Below are positions 25,266-29,993 of a stretch of 29,993 nt of DNA, in pieces (position 1 is the first letter of the stretch; each line of letters opens with the position of its first letter). Source of the DNA: a virus (lineage: Duplodnaviria > Caudoviricetes); IMG/VR virus record IMGVR_UViG_3300030207_000090, positions 1 to 29,993 of that record, one strand, 5' to 3'. Under the pieces are notes generated by a model that did no database searches, had not been told where the DNA came from, and saw nothing but the letters and a program-made list of their open reading frames with translations. The translations under genes and the position numbers were made by a program.

Positions 25266-28200
25266 TGATTGAACTTATTGCATACGGACAGACAGTTGCC
25301 ATAAACGGCACTATTGGTAATCAGCACACACTTGATGTAAGCAATCCTGGTGCGCTTAGTTTGACATATCAAATAGGCAAGGTTGGTGAGGTATTAGGTA
25401 GGCATAGTCCGTTTTCTCAAACCTTTAGACTACCCTTTTCAAAGCGCAATAACAATTTCTTTTCGCACTATTACAACGTCAATGTAGAGATACCTACCTC
25501 AGCTACAACAACAAATCAATTTGACATACATTTCAAGTGTGACGCTGAGATAAGAGTTGATGGTGTGCCTGTTGTAACCGGATCTTTGCAGCTAAAACAA
25601 ATACACTTAACAGCACAAGAATATGAAGTTGCAGTATTCGGTGAAGAAGCTAATCTGTTTCAGAAGATAAAAGACCTGAAACTGATTGACCTCTTTTTTA
25701 ATGATGCAGGAGTGCAAGACGTATCGTATGACGTATTGTTTACAGATAGTAACATAATTAATTCATTCAACTTGTCGAATGACGTAACAGAGGGAGGTGT
25801 TGGCGCAGGAAAGATTGTCTTTCCTTTAATTGATTACGGACTTGTTGGTGGGACATTCAGTCAATTTACTTGGGAAAATATAGGACCAGAAAGTGGTATA
25901 GCTGCACCGTATTCTGAGAACAATCCTTCTGGTCTAAAACCACAGCACCTAAAACCGGCAATTCAAGTAAATGAGTTGTTGAGTAAGCTAGTGCAACAAG
26001 CAGGTTATGAATTAGCAAGTAACAGCTTTCTTACAAGTGACGCTTGGACAAAGCTGTATATGACGCTAGGTAGCGACAGAGAGAGCGCAGCGACAAGAGG
26101 CATATTAGGTTTAAAGGTAGGTTGTACGGCTGCAACACCAATATCAGTTGCAGCAGGTAGCACTCCATTCGGTATTAATTTTCAAACTGTGCCATTCAAT
26201 GACGTTTCTAGTACAGGTTTTTACGATCCAGGACTACATTGGAATCCTTACTCACATTACTTCCTCGCACCTATTGACGGCGTATATTTTGGTCACTTTG
26301 TGGTAACGTTTGATACTACAACACTACAAAGTCAATACGGCTCTTATGCTATGCTACATATGGGAGGTGCAGCAGATGAATGGAGCGCATACACGACGTT
26401 AGCACCAGGTAACGGCACAACGTCTGTTTTGACAACAGTACAGATGGATTGGACGGCATACCTTGATGCCGGTGAAGAAATATATTTTGAAGTTGGTATA
26501 TTCGACTCAGGTGGCTCAAGTGGCTCGACTAACGTAGTACAAGACGGGACATACGTACAAGTTATAGCAAGTGATTTAGTAAGTGGCTATGCTGACATTG
26601 CACACAATATGCCAGACATTGCACAGACAGCATTCTTACAGGATTTAGTAGAGCGTTTTAATCTTTGTATAGTAGCAGACCAAGAAGATCCGAAGAAGTT
26701 AAATATACAGCCATTTCAAAACTACATAGACGCAGGTGAACACAAAGATTGGACGCACAAATTAGACCTTAGCAAACCTATTAGTCTAACCACGACAGAC
26801 AAAATACGAAAGAAAAAAATACACTTTACAGACGCAGAAGATTCTGCATTTGCGAATGCTATACACGTTGCTAATAACGGCTTTGTTAAAGGTGAATTTA
26901 AGCAAGACATACAAGGTGACTTCGTACAAGGTGAGCTAAAAAACAATTCGATATTTGCGCCATTTGAAGTTGATATTGTAGAAGTATCTCCAGGCTCAGG
27001 TTTACAAACAGCTGTGCCAGATTTATTAGTTCATAGAGGTTATGGTGAAGACATTAGTGGTCCTATATCAGACGCAAAACCAAAACTATTTTATCACAAC
27101 GGAACACAAAGTGTAGGTGGCAACAATAGTATTTTTGTAGGACAAACAGAGTCTAGTGTATATCCTCTTTGCCTTCCTTACTTAGCAGGTGGTGGTGGCA
27201 GTACTGTTATGGGTGCTGCTACTCATTTACTACAATGGGAGTTCTCACCAATCAATGCGTTTGGTAGTAACATAGTAGGTAACGTGCCTAGTGCATATAC
27301 TTTCTTTGCTCGTTATTGGCAAAAGTTCTTGCTTTCTATATACGACAAACAAGCACGACTATTAGAATGTAATATGCTGTTGAGTGCAGCTGATATGTTT
27401 AACTTTAAGTTTAGTGACGAGATACAAATAGAAGATACGCCGTACAGAGTATTAAAGATTAGCAACTATCAGCCTTTTGCTGACGTGCCTTGTAAGGTTC
27501 AACTGCTTAAAAAAATTGACAAACAAGAGTCAATAAAGCTACCACCAACAGACGATGATTGTGACTTGACAGTATTAGGGTGGGCGCAAAACGGCACAGT
27601 TATATTTCAGAATCCATTAAACGGCAGTACGTCAACAGGCACAGAAGAATGCTGTTACGAATACGATTTATTTTGGAATGGCACAGATTGTCTATGGAAT
27701 CAAGGAACAGGAGGAACAGGAGGTGGTAAGAATCCAAATGGTGGCACAAATCCTAACACAACAGGTATGGACGGCAAAAGTCTGTTAACAGGCGTTGGTG
27801 GATTTAAGTCTGCAGGACTATCTTCAAGTAAGTTTAATATAAATCCAATTGTAGGTGAACATTCATTTGTTGCTAAGAATTTAATATCAAACACAAATTC
27901 AATACAAAAGAATTTCACGTTATTTGCGACAACTTACGGAAGCACACCTACACAAGCTACAAATACAGGATCGAAGTCTAACACTAATGCAGGTTCTTTC
28001 TTCTTACCTGTGGGCATTATTTGTAGAATGGTTATACGTGCTATGTCTATACAAACGGACTCAATTGGCTCAACAGGATCTTTAGGTAGTTGTTCTTTTA
28101 AAGTGTGGACTGGGTTTGCTAAAAACATAAATGGCACAATCTCAACAAGCATAACGGAACAAACAGACTTCGCTCAGAATGACGCTGACGCAGGTACTCG

Positions 28201-28429
28201 TACAATATCTTTAGGACAGACAAAAGGAAATCCTAGTGTTATACCTAATCTGACAACAGGTATTTCAATTAACTGCACAGGAACAGCAAATACCATTATG
28301 AGTTGGAATATAGACGTAGAAGCAACCTTTATGAATGCATCGAGTATGTTTACAACAACAGACGTTTTATTATTAGAAAGTCTTGGCTACATAGAAGCTG
28401 AGTCAGGAGTTTATTTAGAAGCAGAATGA
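25265..28429 (+). CDS. Large tail protein (hub plus probable receptor-binding domains)
   Basis: 1054 aa; FSQTF.LP....NN.FF, FPLIDYG, DWT.KLD and KPKLFY motifs; Gly/Thr/Ser-rich C-terminus. Confidence 0.75.
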   Translation: MIELIAYGQTVAINGTIGNQHTLDVSNPGALSLTYQIGKVGEVLGRHSPFSQTFRLPFSKRNNNFFSHYYNVNVEIPTSATTTNQFDIHFKCDAEIRVDGVPVVTGSLQLKQIHLTAQEYEVAVFGEEANLFQKIKDLKLIDLFFNDAGVQDVSYDVLFTDSNIINSFNLSNDVTEGGVGAGKIVFPLIDYGLVGGTFSQFTWENIGPESGIAAPYSENNPSGLKPQHLKPAIQVNELLSKLVQQAGYELASNSFLTSDAWTKLYMTLGSDRESAATRGILGLKVGCTAATPISVAAGSTPFGINFQTVPFNDVSSTGFYDPGLHWNPYSHYFLAPIDGVYFGHFVVTFDTTTLQSQYGSYAMLHMGGAADEWSAYTTLAPGNGTTSVLTTVQMDWTAYLDAGEEIYFEVGIFDSGGSSGSTNVVQDGTYVQVIASDLVSGYADIAHNMPDIAQTAFLQDLVERFNLCIVADQEDPKKLNIQPFQNYIDAGEHKDWTHKLDLSKPISLTTTDKIRKKKIHFTDAEDSAFANAIHVANNGFVKGEFKQDIQGDFVQGELKNNSIFAPFEVDIVEVSPGSGLQTAVPDLLVHRGYGEDISGPISDAKPKLFYHNGTQSVGGNNSIFVGQTESSVYPLCLPYLAGGGGSTVMGAATHLLQWEFSPINAFGSNIVGNVPSAYTFFARYWQKFLLSIYDKQARLLECNMLLSAADMFNFKFSDEIQIEDTPYRVLKISNYQPFADVPCKVQLLKKIDKQESIKLPPTDDDCDLTVLGWAQNGTVIFQNPLNGSTSTGTEECCYEYDLFWNGTDCLWNQGTGGTGGGKNPNGGTNPNTTGMDGKSLLTGVGGFKSAGLSSSKFNINPIVGEHSFVAKNLISNTNSIQKNFTLFATTYGSTPTQATNTGSKSNTNAGSFFLPVGIICRMVIRAMSIQTDSIGSTGSLGSCSFKVWTGFAKNINGTISTSITEQTDFAQNDADAGTRTISLGQTKGNPSVIPNLTTGISINCTGTANTIMSWNIDVEATFMNASSMFTTTDVLLLESLGYIEAESGVYLEAE

Positions 28430-28611
28430 TAGATTACATTAACAAAGTTGGTAAGACAATACCACAAACGCTAAAACTAGCACAAGACCACGAAGTGATA
28501 GAAGATACATATACGCTTCAATTATATGGTTACTATGAAGAAGTAGGATTCAAACGCTTCTTTAAGAAAATAAGACAAGGCGTAAAAGTGTATCTAAAAG
28601 ACAAAGTATAA
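28426..28611 (+). CDS. Small hypothetical protein
   Basis: 61 aa ORF overlapping both the tail gene stop and the tape measure start. Confidence 0.55.
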   Translation: MIDYINKVGKTIPQTLKLAQDHEVIEDTYTLQLYGYYEEVGFKRFFKKIRQGVKVYLKDKV

Positions 28612-29993
28612 TGGCAGAAGAAATAGACGTAAACATAAACGTAAACACCAAAGAAGCCGGACAGGGTATTGGCGACATAGCTGACGGCGTAGATAATATA
28701 GGATCGTCAGCTGATATGGCAACAGGTGCGCTTGATAAAATGACAGGTGGCGCAGTTAGTGGCTTCAAGAGTTTCCTTGTAGGTGCTAGGTCTGCTATTG
28801 CTTCTATGTTTACGTTACAAGGTGCAATAACAGCAACCGGAGTAGGTGCGCTTGTTGTCTTAATTGGATCGTTAGTTGCATACTTTACGCAAACAATGCG
28901 AGGTGCTAAACAATTAGAAGTTGTTTTTGCTATGTTAGGTGCAGTAGTTAGTAAAATTACAGACACATTCTCTGCATTAGGTGGCTATATTATTGACGCT
29001 GTACTGAATCCGAAAAAAGCGTTAGACGACTTTATGAAGGGTGTAGAGTATATAAATCAACACATTAAGAACGTAGTCGATACTATACAGAAGGGATTTA
29101 TTGTTGCGCTTAAACAACTTAAAAAATGGTTCTTGATAGCAGCACAAGGTGCAGCAGAGTTCTTCACGGTAGGACTTGCAGATACGTCTGCAATGCAGAA
29201 AGAGATTGATGCACTTAGTGGTGAAATACAAGATGCAGCTGACGACTTTGTAGAAGCAGGTTCAAAAATGATTCACCACGTTGTCGATCCATTAATTGAT
29301 GGTGTTCAGGCATTTGAAGCATACAAAAGAGAACTTGCTAGGGTTGCGTTTGAACAAGCACGTATAACAACACAATCACAAATGTTGCGTGATGCACAGC
29401 GTGAATTGAGTGTAGAGTTTGCAGAAGGGAGAGCGCAGATAAAAGAGTACAATATGATTGCTGAGGATATGAGCAAACCTTTAGAGGAGCGTATTGATGC
29501 AGCAAAAAGAGCAATGGCGATTGAGCAAGGTCTTATGGCTGAACGTCAGCGACAAGCAGCACAGGAGCTAGAACTACAAAGACGTACTATGGCTCTAAGT
29601 GAAAATACAGAAGAAGACCTAGAGAAAGAAGCAGAGTTAGAAGTTGCGCTAATTAACATACGTACAGAGTCAGCTGAATTACAGACTACGCTTAACAACA
29701 AGCTGCAAACTATGAAAAGAGCAGCAGCAGAAGAAAACAAGCGTTTGCACGAAGAAGAAATGGCTAGGCAGCAAGAAATATCTGACGCAGCTTTTGAAAC
29801 AGCAGACGTTCTAATGAGTGCAAATGAAAAAGAGTTAGACCTATTGCTACAACAACAAGCTGCAGCAGAAAATGCGCAAAGGGAACTAATAGCACTAATT
29901 AAAAAAAGAGGTGAAGATTTTCCAAAAGAGCTTGAAAAAGCAGAACAACGCCTAATAGACATACAAGACTTCTATGATCAAGCCGAAATAGAC
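28611..29993 (+). CDS. Tape measure protein, N-terminal part (745 aa when circularised; missing from the ORF track)
   Basis: Open frame from ATG 28611 to the window end (MAEEIDVNINV...ATGVGALVVLIGSLV...), in frame with ORF 22..1056 through the repeat: 401 + 344 aa. Confidence 0.88.
   Translation, partial: MAEEIDVNINVNTKEAGQGIGDIADGVDNIGSSADMATGALDKMTGGAVSGFKSFLVGARSAIASMFTLQGAITATGVGALVVLIGSLVAYFTQTMRGAKQLEVVFAMLGAVVSKITDTFSALGGYIIDAVLNPKKALDDFMKGVEYINQHIKNVVDTIQKGFIVALKQLKKWFLIAAQGAAEFFTVGLADTSAMQKEIDALSGEIQDAADDFVEAGSKMIHHVVDPLIDGVQAFEAYKRELARVAFEQARITTQSQMLRDAQRELSVEFAEGRAQIKEYNMIAEDMSKPLEERIDAAKRAMAIEQGLMAERQRQAAQELELQRRTMALSENTEEDLEKEAELEVALINIRTESAELQTTLNNKLQTMKRAAAEENKRLHEEEMARQQEISDAAFETADVLMSANEKELDLLLQQQAAAENAQRELIALIKKRGEDFPKELEKAEQRLIDIQDFYDQAEID
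29793..29993. repeat. Terminal direct repeat, right copy (matches 1-201)
   Basis: 198/201 identity to the window start. Confidence 0.97.

Noticed and set aside
25265-28429. Possible diversity-generating retroelement target in the tail protein
   Set aside because: No reverse transcriptase gene and no template/variable repeat pair were seen. The terminal-repeat mismatches are synonymous and include a non-adenine (C/T) change.
609-29962. Numerous minus-strand ORFs in the track (e.g. 2681-3187, 5410-6021, 13469-13885, 28562-28966, 29546-29962)
   Set aside because: They lie antisense to well-supported plus-strand genes, have Ser/hydrophobic-biased shadow composition and show no recognisable motifs.
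1-29993. tRNA, rRNA, CRISPR array or stop-codon reassignment
   Set aside because: No cloverleaf or spaced repeat array was noticed, and genes tile densely under the standard code using TAA, TAG and TGA as stops.

Overview
The window is one apparently complete, circularly permuted tailed dsDNA phage genome with a unit length of about 29,792 bp. Bases 1-201 repeat 29793-29993, and the tape-measure gene runs across the join. The host is probably a Bacteroidota/Flavobacteriia bacterium, judged from TAnnTTTG-type promoters, AT-rich starts without Shine-Dalgarno sites and characteristic structural proteins. Every credible gene is on the + strand except a C5 cytosine methyltransferase. Modules: head (XkdF-like protease, scaffold, capsid), tail tube, multidomain portal, adaptor, lysis, metallophosphoesterase, MTase, early and replication genes (no DNA polymerase or integrase seen), NinG, sigma-like factor, terminase, frameshifted tail chaperone, tail genes and tape measure. 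The standout is a six-gene overlapping cassette at 16635-20515, directly upstream of terminase: ParB-like protein, TET/JBP 2OG-Fe(II) dioxygenase, stand-alone class II glutamine amidotransferase, GNAT acetyltransferase, amino acid:DNA transferase-like protein and P-loop kinase. It reads as a fully post-replicative DNA base hypermodification pathway with an unusual enzyme combination. All family calls come from motif recognition by eye; no database search was run.
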